Of a DNA stretch of 64,000 nucleotides, positions 38,794 through 48,945 are shown piece after piece (positions within the stretch are counted from its first letter, which is position 1; every line of letters begins with the position of its first letter). The stretch spans positions 53,897 to 117,896 of the forward strand of contig JAJFVL010000046.1 in assembly GCA_021371855.1 (NCBI GenBank), given 5' to 3'. Made by a program: the position numbers and the translations under genes. The notes under the pieces were generated by a model. The model was not told where the DNA came from. It saw only the letters and a list, made by a program, of their open reading frames with translations, and made no database searches. The stretch comes from Bacteroidales bacterium. GTDB lineage: Bacteria > Bacteroidota > Bacteroidia > Bacteroidales > VadinHA17.

Positions 38794-38815
38794 ATAATTT
38801 TTATTGTCTGGTTGT

Positions 38816-39745
38816 TCATTTGAAAAGCGACCTGACCTGTTGTTCATCAAGCATGATCTGTTCAGTCAGTTGTTTGGTATTTGCAAATTTCTTTTCGCTC
38901 CTCAGCCGTTTTACGAATTTCACAGATATTTCTGCCCTATAGATATCCTTATCAAAATCAAGAATATTTACCTCGATGCTTTTGTTCCCGGCATTGTTAT
39001 TTACTGTAGGATTTGAACCGATATTCAGCATTCCCGGATAGGTAAATCCGCCAAGATGAACTTCAACAGCATATACCCCATCGGCTGGTATAAGCTTATA
39101 TTCATAATCAGGTTTGATATTTGCAGTCGGGAATCCAAGAGAACGGCCAAGTCCATGTCCTTCAATAATTGTTCCGCTTACCGAATAGTAATATCCCAGC
39201 AATCTGTTTGCTTCTTCGATCTTTCCGTTTAATAATGCCTTACGGATTGAGGATGAGCTAACGGCTCCCTCTCCGTTAATGATTTCCTTTATCTGTTCAA
39301 CACTGAACCCTGATGATTCGGCACATTGTACAATATTATTGAAATCACCTTCTCCTTTCCTTCCTAAATGATGGTTATAACCCACTATAAGGCGCTTTAT
39401 ACCAATCTTCTCCACGAGAACGTTTTTGATAAAATCACAAGCAGAAATCTGGCTGAACTTTTTGGTGAATTTTATGATAATAAGATGATCAACATTCGCA
39501 TTTTCAAGAAGAACTTCTTTTTCTTCCAGTGTAGTCAGAAAAGAGAGATCTTCATGGTTCTGCTCCAATACCAGCCTGGGATGAGGGGAAAAAGTGATTA
39601 CAACCGACTCTCCCTTTATTTCTTTTGCCCGCGAAACAAGGCAATTCAGAAGAGCCCGGTGACCATGATGAACCCCGTCAAAAATGCCAAGAGTTACAAC
39701 AGGGGCAACCAGACTAAGGTTTTCATATCCTTGATGAATGATCAT
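38816..39745 (-). CDS. ribF: Bifunctional riboflavin kinase / FAD synthetase
   Basis: It has the FMN adenylyltransferase motif LGIFDGVHHGH and a C-terminal riboflavin kinase domain (GFPTANI). I place the start at MIIHQGY (39745). Confidence 0.92.
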   Translation of the reverse strand: MIIHQGYENLSLVAPVVTLGIFDGVHHGHRALLNCLVSRAKEIKGESVVITFSPHPRLVLEQNHEDLSFLTTLEEKEVLLENANVDHLIIIKFTKKFSQISACDFIKNVLVEKIGIKRLIVGYNHHLGRKGEGDFNNIVQCAESSGFSVEQIKEIINGEGAVSSSSIRKALLNGKIEEANRLLGYYYSVSGTIIEGHGLGRSLGFPTANIKPDYEYKLIPADGVYAVEVHLGGFTYPGMLNIGSNPTVNNNAGNKSIEVNILDFDKDIYRAEISVKFVKRLRSEKKFANTKQLTEQIMLDEQQVRSLFK

Positions 39746-39849
39746 GTAAAAGATTATGCATGCAAAATTAGCAAAGCCCATGGAAATGAAGCTAATTTAT
39801 GGTTTAGTTTTTGTACTTTTATAAAAAGATTCCTTTTTAAGAAGCTTTT

Positions 39850-41877
39850 ATGAATCCTGCAAGTTTCTATATATCCGATCCATGGTTGAAACCCTTTACG
39901 GGGGTAATTGAAAAACGAATAGGAAAGTGCCTGTCAAAGGAAAAAAAGCTGATTGGGAAAGGTTCCCTCAGTGATTTTGCCATGGGGCATCATTACTATG
40001 GTCTTCACAGAAAAAAAGACAATTGGATTTTCAGGGAATGGGCTCCAAATGCAAAAAGCATATACATCACCGGTATATTTACCGGATGGAGAGAGAAGAA
40101 AGATTTCCTGTTAAAAAGAATTAATACTTATGGCGACTGGGAGATAGTTTTGCCTTTAGATGCGATTAAACACGGGGATCTTTATAAGCTTTCCGTCCAC
40201 TGGGAAGGAGGAAGCGGAGAACGTATTCCATCATATGCCAGCCGCGTAGTTCAGGATGATAAGACAAAAATATTCACAGCACAGGTATGGTACCCGGAAG
40301 AACCATACAAATGGAATATCGATGATTTTAATACTGAGTATACTGCTCCTGTGATTTATGAAGCCCATATCGGGATGGCCACATCGCTGGAAAAAACCGG
40401 AACATACCGTGAATTCACAGAGAACGTCCTGCCATTAATAATCAAATCGGGATACAATACAATCCAGTTAATGGCTATCCAGGAGCACCCTTTCTACGGA
40501 TCGTTCGGATACCATGTCTCCAGTTTTTTTTCTGCTTCCTCGCGGTTTGGAACGCCGGAAGATCTTAAGGAGCTGGTTGACAAAGCACATATTGCCGGAT
40601 TAAGAGTTATTATGGACCTGGTGCATTCCCATTCAGTGAAGAATGTAAATGAAGGTCTTGGCCTGTTCGACGGATCACAGGGACAATATTTTCATACAGG
40701 CCCGAGAAGAGTACATAAAGCATGGGATTCATTATGTTTCGACTATGGCAAAGATAATGTAATACATTTCCTGCTTTCGAACTGCCGGTACTGGCTTGAA
40801 GAGTACAAATTTGACGGATTCAGGTTCGACGGAATTACCAGTATGATTTACTATGATCATGGCCTTGAAAAGAATTTCACATCATATAATGAATACTTCG
40901 ATGGCAACCAGGATGAAGATGCATTAATCTATTTATATCTGGCAAATAAATTGATCCACAAATTTAAGCCCGGTGTCATATCCGTAGCTGAAGAAATGAG
41001 TGGAATGCCCGGTATTGCAGCTGATATTAAAAAGAATGGCTATGGTTTTGATTACAGGCTATCGATGGGGGTACCTGATTACTGGATCAAACTTGTGAAA
41101 GAGACATTTGATGAGAACTGGGATATGGGGAAACTGATGTATGAGCTTACACAGCATCGCCCTGAGGAGAAAATTATTTCTTACTGTGAATCACACGACC
41201 AGGCGCTTGTTGGAGATAAGACACTAATCTTCAGGATGATCGATGCTGAGATGTATACCGGCATGAGCAAATCATATCACAGCATTAATGTTGACAGGGG
41301 TATTACTCTTCATAAAATGATCAGGCTCATCACATTCTCAACTTCAGGAGGCGGCTATCTGAACTTTATGGGAAATGAATTCGGCCATCCCGAATGGATT
41401 GACTTTCCACGTGAAGGAAATAACTGGAGCTATAAATATGCCCGCCGTCAGTGGCTCCTTGCACAGAACAAAGATTTAAAATATCATTACCTGGCAGAAT
41501 TCGACAAGAAGATGTTGCTTCTTCACAACAATTTCAAAATTCTCAATGATCTATCCGTTAACAGAATATATGAAAATAATTCAGATAAAGTAATTGCCTT
41601 CACCAGAGGTAAATTACTGTTTGTATTTAACTTCCATCCGACTGTTTCATTCACCGATTATGGTATACCGGTGAAAGGCAGATTCAGGATTGTACTTGAT
41701 TCAGATGATCCGCTTTTCGGTGGTTTCTCCCGGATTGACAGAAATAAAATCTACCTTTCAATAAGAAAAGCTGAAAGGAATATGACCAGTGCCCCGCTTT
41801 ATCTTTATCTGTACCTTCCCTCGAGAACGGCCCTTGTCTTTAAAGAAGAGCCGGCACCAAAAGCAACCGATATTTAG
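39850..41877 (+). CDS. 1,4-alpha-glucan branching enzyme, GH13 (eukaryote-like type)
   Basis: The GH13 conserved regions are present: DLVHSH, GFRFDGITS, VAEEMSG and ESHDQ. The N-terminal HYYGLH...FREWAPNA resembles eukaryote-type branching enzymes. Confidence 0.88.
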   Translation: MNPASFYISDPWLKPFTGVIEKRIGKCLSKEKKLIGKGSLSDFAMGHHYYGLHRKKDNWIFREWAPNAKSIYITGIFTGWREKKDFLLKRINTYGDWEIVLPLDAIKHGDLYKLSVHWEGGSGERIPSYASRVVQDDKTKIFTAQVWYPEEPYKWNIDDFNTEYTAPVIYEAHIGMATSLEKTGTYREFTENVLPLIIKSGYNTIQLMAIQEHPFYGSFGYHVSSFFSASSRFGTPEDLKELVDKAHIAGLRVIMDLVHSHSVKNVNEGLGLFDGSQGQYFHTGPRRVHKAWDSLCFDYGKDNVIHFLLSNCRYWLEEYKFDGFRFDGITSMIYYDHGLEKNFTSYNEYFDGNQDEDALIYLYLANKLIHKFKPGVISVAEEMSGMPGIAADIKKNGYGFDYRLSMGVPDYWIKLVKETFDENWDMGKLMYELTQHRPEEKIISYCESHDQALVGDKTLIFRMIDAEMYTGMSKSYHSINVDRGITLHKMIRLITFSTSGGGYLNFMGNEFGHPEWIDFPREGNNWSYKYARRQWLLAQNKDLKYHYLAEFDKKMLLLHNNFKILNDLSVNRIYENNSDKVIAFTRGKLLFVFNFHPTVSFTDYGIPVKGRFRIVLDSDDPLFGGFSRIDRNKIYLSIRKAERNMTSAPLYLYLYLPSRTALVFKEEPAPKATDI

Positions 41878-44800
41878 TCAATCCACCGGAGCAGGTAAAA
41901 ATCCTGTTTATGAGGAAGGTCTTTATGTTTGGGGAAGATTCTTATTCCATAAAAAAACGAACCTGCTTTTTCAGGGACCAGATGAGACCTGTAAAGACAT
42001 TTTCCGTTCTTAAAACTTACCATTTTAAATTCCTCGCTGATAACATATTCATATTCACCATCCTTACCCATTCGAGTAACAATAAAATCAACACCAACAT
42101 TTTCTTTGGGTATCTTTTTAATATCAAGAGCAATCTCTGCTCTGTAATCGTGCCCTGAACGGTAAACATTTTCTCCTGATCGTTCAAAGCTGTAATTTAT
42201 GACCTCAATATTATCCCACTCCTCTCTCATCGTCTTTTTCCATGCTGCCAGCTGTTTTGCCTTCTCAAAATTATTTTCCACCAGGTATTTATTGCGTGTA
42301 TGGAGCTTTATATAATACTTATCATAGTAGTCATCTATCATTCTCTTCATGGTAAATTCAGGAGCAATTTTTACCATTGTGTTTTTTATTAGGCTTACCC
42401 ATTCAACCGGGACTCCCTGCTGATCGAAGGAATAGTATGCCGGGATTATTTCAAATTCAAGCATATTATAAATAGTTTCAGCATCAACGTCATCCTGGAG
42501 ATCCTGGTTTTCGAATGTCTTTTTCTTCGGGAGTGCCCATCCGGCATATGCCCTGTAACCTTCGACCCACCATCCGTCAAGGACACTAAAATGAATGGTA
42601 CCGTTCATAACTGCTTTTTCCCCGCTGGTGCCTGAAGCCTCCATCGGTCTTGTCGGTGTATTAAGCCAGATGTCAACACCGCTGATAAGATACTTGGCCA
42701 GTTCGATATCATAATTTTCAAGGAATATCACTTTCCCGGCAAACCTGGGCATTTGTGATACTTCATAAATTCTTTTAATCAAATCCTGCCCTCCTCCATC
42801 GTGAGGATGTGCTTTCCCGGCATAAATAAACTGAACTGGTTTCTCGGGATTATTTACAATACGATCCAACCTGTCGAGATCTCTGAAAAGAAGAGCAGCT
42901 CTTTTGTATGTTGCAAAACGTCTGGCAAACCCAATTGTGAGGGCTTTTTCATTGAGATGAGTGCTTATGTTCAGAAGTGTACGCGGGCTGACATGCTTTT
43001 CAATCATGTCGGCCTGAAGCCTTTTCCTTATATTTGAAAAAAGGGTTTGCTTAAGTCCTGTTTTGATCTCATAAATCTTTTTGTCGTCAAGGGTATATAA
43101 TTTTTCCCAAAGTTTTCTGTCGGTCTGGTCAAAATTTTTATTCCCTGTCAACTCCTTATAAACCTCTCTCCATTCAGGAGCTGTCCATGTAGGATGATGA
43201 ACACCATTTGTGACATAGCCGATAAAAAGTTCTTCCCTGAGATAGCCTGGCCATAATTTATTGAACATCTTCTGGCTGACCTCTCCATGCAGTTTGCTTA
43301 CACCATTTACCTCCTGCGACATCCGAGCCGCAAGAAAACTCATATTGAATTTTTTATCAGTATCGTCTTCACAGCGGCCAAGTGACATCAGTTGATCCCA
43401 GGTTATTGAAAGACGGCCGGCATAATGAGAGATATATTTTCTGAGCAGATCTTCATCAAAAGAATCATGACCGGCAGGTACCGGAGTATGAGTGGTAAAC
43501 AGTGTAGATGATCTTACTGCTTCAACTGCCTGGCTAAATGTAAGATGATTGTCAGCAGTCAGAGTCCTGAGTCTTTCAAAGCTGATAAATGCCGAATGTC
43601 CTTCATTGCTGTGATAAATATCAGGTTTCAATCCCATCGCAGTGAGAGCTCTTATTCCGCCTATACCCAGAATAAGTTCCTGCCTGAACCTGTTTTCATT
43701 ATCCCCTCCGTAAAGGTGATGAGTAACAGTACGGTCCTCAGGTAAATTGTCTTCACAATCGGTATCAAGAAGGATCAGCCTCACTTTCCCGATCATGGCT
43801 TCCCAGACGCGGATTTTCACTGTTCTTCCAGGCCATGCCATGCTCACACAAAGCTGATTCCCTTTTGCATCTTTAACCGGAGAAACAGGAAGATGTGAAA
43901 AATCTTCAGCTTCATAAATTGCAAGCTGTTCTCCACGTGGTCCAAGCTTCTGTTTGAAATATCCATATCTGTAAAGCAGTCCGATGCCGGTGATATTCAG
44001 ATTTGAATCGCTGGCCTCCTTAAGGTAATCCCCGGCGAGAATTCCAAGTCCTCCTGAATAAATCTTCAGACAAGGGTGAATACCAAACTCCATGCTGAAG
44101 TAAGCCACTGAAGGCTTCCCAGGATCATCAGGACGATCTTTGTAAGCTCTGAACTGATCATAGACCTTCTTCAGTTCAGCAACAAAGTCATCATCATCTT
44201 CGAGTATCAGAAGTCTCTTATAATCAATATTTTCAAGGAGCATTTTAGGATTATGGGGAGACTGTTCCCACAGCGACGGATCCATCCTTTTAAATACTGA
44301 TTCAGCTTCAGAGTTCCATGACCACCATAGGTTATTTGCAAGTTCTTTAAGAGCGGCTAATTTTTCAGGAACATCGCTCTGAACATAAATATCTTTCCAA
44401 ACCGGTAATTGGTGTGGTTTCCGTACAGCCAATCCGGGAGCTTCAGCAAACCTGAGAAATTCCCTCGGTTCTTCTCTTCTTTCACTGCTTGTGACAAGTG
44501 CCTTTTGATAAGCAGTAAAATAATGTTCAACGAGACTGTCCCACATGGCAATCCTGGAAATTTCATGTGCTTTTCCCCTGGCTTCTTTTATCTCCTTTTC
44601 TTTAAGCCCGATAAACATCTCCATGAAACTCATGATATCCGTAACGACCTTCTTTTCGTTATCATCATTTCTTTCAACTATGGCGATCCCATTTCCAGGA
44701 TTTTCAAAATACTTCTTTACCCACAATCCAAAACCTGAAAGAGAAGTGGTAACAGTCGGGATGGAAAACATAAGACTTTCAAGAGGTGTATATCCCCAGG

Positions 44801-46103
44801 GCTCATAATATGATGGGAATACCGAGAGATCAAAACCTATCAGAAGGTCATAATAAGGCAAATTGAAGATGCCGTCGTTCCCATTCAGATATGATGGGGC
44901 AAAGATTACTTTAACCTTCGATTCCTTATCATTATGGAGGTTATTTTTATCTATCAGTTGCAGTACCGGATCAGTTGCCGGATAGTGCAGGTAATGGGTG
45001 AGGTATTTGTTTTCGCCTTTGACCTGCCGATTATTATATAGAATATCAATTAAATCCTTTCGTGGTCCTTTATGGTATGCAGGCATCAGAATAAAAGCGA
45101 CACATTCCTTTTTGATATCAGCGGTATTTTGCAGATCCCCGAGAGAATCGATAAAAATATCAACACCTTTATTTCTGAATTCATATCTTCCGCTGTTAAC
45201 AATAAAAACGCAGTCATCCGAAAGAGAATAACCAAGCACCGCCTGAGCAACGCTAATTAATTTTGCTCTGGCAATTTTCCTTTTTTCTTCAAATTTATCT
45301 TCGCGTGGAACGAAAGAATCTTCGAAACCGTTTGGAGTCACAATATCAACCTTCTTACCCAAAAAATGGCTGCATTCCCGTGAAGTTATTTCGCTTACAG
45401 TTGTAAAAACGTCAGCTTCGGCAGCTGATAATTTTTCAAGTGATTGTTTGGCTACAACATTGAATTCACGTGCTATCTGATTAGGGATAAATTGTTCCAT
45501 CTTACCATAAAGTGGGCGGTTATTACCGGCAATACACCTCCCGAGCACTGTAGCATGAGTCGTGAACGATGTGGCAATCCATGGTACAAATTTTTCAAGG
45601 TATAATATACCTGTTCCTGTCATCCATTCATGGAACTGAGCAATGATATTATGATAATCATTATAAAAAGAGGTAAAACTTTCAATCAGTTTACCGGCAG
45701 CATAGCCGAACAGAGCAGGCTCCACGTAATCCCATTGTCCTGTTATACTGTCGAGTTTATATGTTTCCCAGAAACCGGCAAATATTTCATTCTGTTGCCC
45801 GAAATAGGGTGTAAAATCTATGAGAATCACAATAGGTTTACCGGCTATGTCCCAACGCCCTGTTTTAACTCTTAATCCTTCTGAAGCAGCTCTGCCTTTC
45901 CAATCAACAAAAAGTGATTCGTCAGGAATAAACTCAGGATTTTTCACATCTTCCCGCCATACATCAGGTCCAATAAGTATATAGTTGTCTCCAACTTCAT
46001 TTACTATGTTAAGCGCTTTTGTTGAGATTACTGTATGAATACCTCCAACTTTATTGCATACCTCCCAACTGGTTTCAAAAATAAAATCAACCTTCATCTT
46101 CAA
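41874..46103 (-). CDS. Fusion protein: GT3-type glycogen synthase (N-terminal) plus GT35 alpha-glucan phosphorylase (C-terminal)
   Basis: 1409 aa. The N-terminus FETSWEVCNKVGGIHTV is characteristic of animal/fungal-type GT3 synthases. The C-terminal half carries the phosphorylase PLP-lysine motif EASGTSGEKAVMNG. Confidence 0.85.
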   Translation of the reverse strand: MKMKVDFIFETSWEVCNKVGGIHTVISTKALNIVNEVGDNYILIGPDVWREDVKNPEFIPDESLFVDWKGRAASEGLRVKTGRWDIAGKPIVILIDFTPYFGQQNEIFAGFWETYKLDSITGQWDYVEPALFGYAAGKLIESFTSFYNDYHNIIAQFHEWMTGTGILYLEKFVPWIATSFTTHATVLGRCIAGNNRPLYGKMEQFIPNQIAREFNVVAKQSLEKLSAAEADVFTTVSEITSRECSHFLGKKVDIVTPNGFEDSFVPREDKFEEKRKIARAKLISVAQAVLGYSLSDDCVFIVNSGRYEFRNKGVDIFIDSLGDLQNTADIKKECVAFILMPAYHKGPRKDLIDILYNNRQVKGENKYLTHYLHYPATDPVLQLIDKNNLHNDKESKVKVIFAPSYLNGNDGIFNLPYYDLLIGFDLSVFPSYYEPWGYTPLESLMFSIPTVTTSLSGFGLWVKKYFENPGNGIAIVERNDDNEKKVVTDIMSFMEMFIGLKEKEIKEARGKAHEISRIAMWDSLVEHYFTAYQKALVTSSERREEPREFLRFAEAPGLAVRKPHQLPVWKDIYVQSDVPEKLAALKELANNLWWSWNSEAESVFKRMDPSLWEQSPHNPKMLLENIDYKRLLILEDDDDFVAELKKVYDQFRAYKDRPDDPGKPSVAYFSMEFGIHPCLKIYSGGLGILAGDYLKEASDSNLNITGIGLLYRYGYFKQKLGPRGEQLAIYEAEDFSHLPVSPVKDAKGNQLCVSMAWPGRTVKIRVWEAMIGKVRLILLDTDCEDNLPEDRTVTHHLYGGDNENRFRQELILGIGGIRALTAMGLKPDIYHSNEGHSAFISFERLRTLTADNHLTFSQAVEAVRSSTLFTTHTPVPAGHDSFDEDLLRKYISHYAGRLSITWDQLMSLGRCEDDTDKKFNMSFLAARMSQEVNGVSKLHGEVSQKMFNKLWPGYLREELFIGYVTNGVHHPTWTAPEWREVYKELTGNKNFDQTDRKLWEKLYTLDDKKIYEIKTGLKQTLFSNIRKRLQADMIEKHVSPRTLLNISTHLNEKALTIGFARRFATYKRAALLFRDLDRLDRIVNNPEKPVQFIYAGKAHPHDGGGQDLIKRIYEVSQMPRFAGKVIFLENYDIELAKYLISGVDIWLNTPTRPMEASGTSGEKAVMNGTIHFSVLDGWWVEGYRAYAGWALPKKKTFENQDLQDDVDAETIYNMLEFEIIPAYYSFDQQGVPVEWVSLIKNTMVKIAPEFTMKRMIDDYYDKYYIKLHTRNKYLVENNFEKAKQLAAWKKTMREEWDNIEVINYSFERSGENVYRSGHDYRAEIALDIKKIPKENVGVDFIVTRMGKDGEYEYVISEEFKMVSFKNGKCLYRSHLVPEKAGSFFYGIRIFPKHKDLPHKQDFYLLRWID

Positions 46104-46124
46104 TATGTTTGTTTAAGATTAGTA

Positions 46125-47660
46125 TTACTCCGTTTTTTTACTCCTTTTGAGTATCCGGGGCGATTTTGAAAGAGTACCTTTTTTTGTTAAAATTTTATTT
46201 GACTTAAGGGAATTTGTTGTAGTTTTATTTGAAGATTCCCTGAATAAATTTTTTGGATAGTCCTCCTCCTCTCGAGGATCTGCTTTTTTCTTTCGTGTTA
46301 ACTTTACCGAAGGCTTCAACTTTCCGACTTTTTTCATCAGTTTCTCAATCTGTTCCGCCTGCTTGTCTATCATCATATCTTTTTCGATGATTATTGAATC
46401 GAGTTTGAATATCTGATCCTGCTCGGGATTATCCGGGAACCATTTCTTCAGTCGCAGCTCAAAATCGCTCAGGATGTTCATGTAATTCATAAATGCATCA
46501 TACGGAGTTTCATAGGGATTAAAATAGGCATGAACTACTCCATCGGAAAAGAACTTGGTTGCCATATAATAAAAATGATCGCTCGATTGAAGATATTCCC
46601 AGTCTTTCTTTATCAGAGGATCTTCACATTTATTGACTTTGCTTGTCAGGCTGTATAGCTTATCAAGAGCTGCAACCTGCAACTCATTTCCCTGCCATGC
46701 AGTAATGTCACGTTCTTCATCAGCCCATGAGATCGGATAAGGAATGCTGATAGCCGACACTGGTTGCAGTGTATCGGCAACCTCTGACGGGGTCATAAAC
46801 CGGAACGGTGTTTTTTTCAGGATAGCTCCAGGCATAAAATCCAGGAATTCAAATATTCCTGTCTCTTTCCAGTTATGTTCCCCAAATGTCTCATAATCGA
46901 GGAAAATGTTCAGTAATTCACTTTTTGAGGCAAGCTTGTTTATCCATGAAGCATATTTATCGGCAGTCAATGGCCACTCTGACCAATTTCTGTTTGAGAA
47001 TCTGAAAGCGATATCATCGCTTAATACAAAGTTTCTTAACAGGACCTTTATTCTGGGGTTTATTGAATTACAATATAAATAATTCGGGCTTTTCCATCCC
47101 AGCACATGCTTGGCCCCTTCAGTCAGGATTGACTTAAACCCCATATCAGCTGCCCAGGCACCAATCTGGTCAGAGTATATCAGCTCGGTATTACGGAATG
47201 AAGTTGGGTCAACTCCCAGAAATTCTTTAAGCATTTCTTTATGCCTTGTAACCTGGCGTTCAAATTCGCTCCAGCTTTTTAATGAGACAAGGGAATGAGA
47301 ATTTGTTTCAGCGAGAAATTCCACCATTCCGGTTTCTGCAAGCTTCCTGAATGAGGCAAGTACCTCTGGTGCATAAAGCCGGAATTGACTTATTGCCAGA
47401 CCTGACAAGGAAAAGGAGACTTTGAATTTACCTTTATGTTTCTGGATAAGATCTAAAATCATGTCGTTGGCAGGTATATAACATTTCTCGGCCACCTTCC
47501 TCATTATTGACTCATTGGAATAATCATCATAATAATAATGATCGTGACCCAGATCAAAAAATCTGTATCGTTTAAGCCTGAAAGGCTGATGAACCTGAAA
47601 ATAGAAGCATATTGCTTTTTTATTTGCTGCACTCATATCCTTATACTTATTTATTCTCAA
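46125..47660 (-). CDS. GH57 family glycoside hydrolase (alpha-amylase / branching-enzyme-like)
   Basis: The GH57 region I motif FYFQVHQPFRL is present, with a C-terminal basic tail. An alternative start at 47636 (MSAANKK) would remove the 14-nt overlap with the upstream gene. Confidence 0.8.
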   Translation of the reverse strand: MRINKYKDMSAANKKAICFYFQVHQPFRLKRYRFFDLGHDHYYYDDYSNESIMRKVAEKCYIPANDMILDLIQKHKGKFKVSFSLSGLAISQFRLYAPEVLASFRKLAETGMVEFLAETNSHSLVSLKSWSEFERQVTRHKEMLKEFLGVDPTSFRNTELIYSDQIGAWAADMGFKSILTEGAKHVLGWKSPNYLYCNSINPRIKVLLRNFVLSDDIAFRFSNRNWSEWPLTADKYASWINKLASKSELLNIFLDYETFGEHNWKETGIFEFLDFMPGAILKKTPFRFMTPSEVADTLQPVSAISIPYPISWADEERDITAWQGNELQVAALDKLYSLTSKVNKCEDPLIKKDWEYLQSSDHFYYMATKFFSDGVVHAYFNPYETPYDAFMNYMNILSDFELRLKKWFPDNPEQDQIFKLDSIIIEKDMMIDKQAEQIEKLMKKVGKLKPSVKLTRKKKADPREEEDYPKNLFRESSNKTTTNSLKSNKILTKKGTLSKSPRILKRSKKTE

Positions 47661-48939
47661 TTATTCTGTAGTATATGTCCCTGACGTGTTTGGCTGAATT
47701 ATCCCATTTTAGCTGTATAACTTCCTCTTTACCATCCTTAATAATCATATCAGCCAGATCAGGATAATTCAGAATGCCGTAAATTGCATCAGCCATTGCA
47801 TCTATATCCCAGAAATCGGTTTTAACAGCATGAGTAAGCACTTCAGCCACTCCTGATTGTTTACTTATTATAACCGGAACATTCGATTGCATCGCCTCAA
47901 GAGGAGAAATGCCAAAAGGTTCAGATACTGATGGCATAATATAGACATCGCTCATACCAAGAAGAGTAAAAACATCGTTCCCTTTAAGAAATCCGGTGAA
48001 ATGGAACCTATCGGTTATTTTCAGTGAAGCAGCTCTTCTTATCATCCTTTCCATCATATCTCCCGATCCTGCCATAACAAACCTTACATTACCCATTACC
48101 TGTAAAACTTTATATGCTGCTTCAATAAAATATTCAGGTCCTTTCTGAAGGGTTATACGACCCAGGAATGTTACCACCTTTTCATCAAAACCTTTTTTCA
48201 CAACCAGATCTTCAGGAATAAACACAGGTTCAACAGCATTATAGACAGTTTCAACCTTACCGGGGTTAATATTATATTTATTAATAACGATATCACGAGT
48301 AAGATTACTTACTGTGATAATTTTGGAAGCGGCATCCATCCCGTTTTTCTCAATACGGTATACATCAGGATTTACATTACCACCACTACGGTCAAAGTCA
48401 GTTGCATGAACATGGATAACAAGGGGTTTCCCCGAGACTTCCATCGCAGCTATCCCTGCCGGATAGGCAAGCCAGTCGTGGGCATGAATAATGTCAAAAT
48501 CATTCTCTTCGGCAATCACTGAGGCAACTATGGCATACTTGTTAATTTCATCCATAAGGTTGTTATTATACTTCCCTGAAAAATCGACCGTGCCATTGTT
48601 ATTGGTATTTACAACAAGTTTATACCCGGATACTTCCGAACTTATCACTTTCCAGTAATCTTCAGGATCAATATATGGAACAATTTTAGATGACACCTCA
48701 ATCTTTTCAAGTGGACGTCTGAATCCCCGGTAAAGAACCTTTTTGAATGCCACAGGCACCTGGTTTGCACCGATCAGTCTGACAACAGACTGATCTTCAT
48801 CGCCCCATGCTTTTGGTACAACAAATATCACATCCAGATCGTCGAGGGTTGCCATACCTTTGGTCAATCCATAACTGGCGGTCCCCAATCCACCCGAAAT
48901 ATGAGGAGGAAATTCCCATCCAAACATCAGTACACGCAT
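47647..48939 (-). CDS. GT4/GT5-like retaining glycosyltransferase (archaeal-type glycogen synthase-like)
   Basis: The N-terminal MRVLMFGWEFPPHISGGLGTA and the E-x7-E region EPFGISPLEAM are present. It lies between the GDE and GH57 genes. Confidence 0.75.
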   Translation of the reverse strand: MRVLMFGWEFPPHISGGLGTASYGLTKGMATLDDLDVIFVVPKAWGDEDQSVVRLIGANQVPVAFKKVLYRGFRRPLEKIEVSSKIVPYIDPEDYWKVISSEVSGYKLVVNTNNNGTVDFSGKYNNNLMDEINKYAIVASVIAEENDFDIIHAHDWLAYPAGIAAMEVSGKPLVIHVHATDFDRSGGNVNPDVYRIEKNGMDAASKIITVSNLTRDIVINKYNINPGKVETVYNAVEPVFIPEDLVVKKGFDEKVVTFLGRITLQKGPEYFIEAAYKVLQVMGNVRFVMAGSGDMMERMIRRAASLKITDRFHFTGFLKGNDVFTLLGMSDVYIMPSVSEPFGISPLEAMQSNVPVIISKQSGVAEVLTHAVKTDFWDIDAMADAIYGILNYPDLADMIIKDGKEEVIQLKWDNSAKHVRDIYYRIIENK

Positions 48940-48945
48940 ACTATG

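Noticed and set aside
38764-38815. A possible SAH or SAM riboswitch upstream of ahcY.
   Set aside because: Only 52 nt separate ahcY from ribF, and the candidate -7 box is 22 nt from the ATG. There is no space for a riboswitch aptamer.
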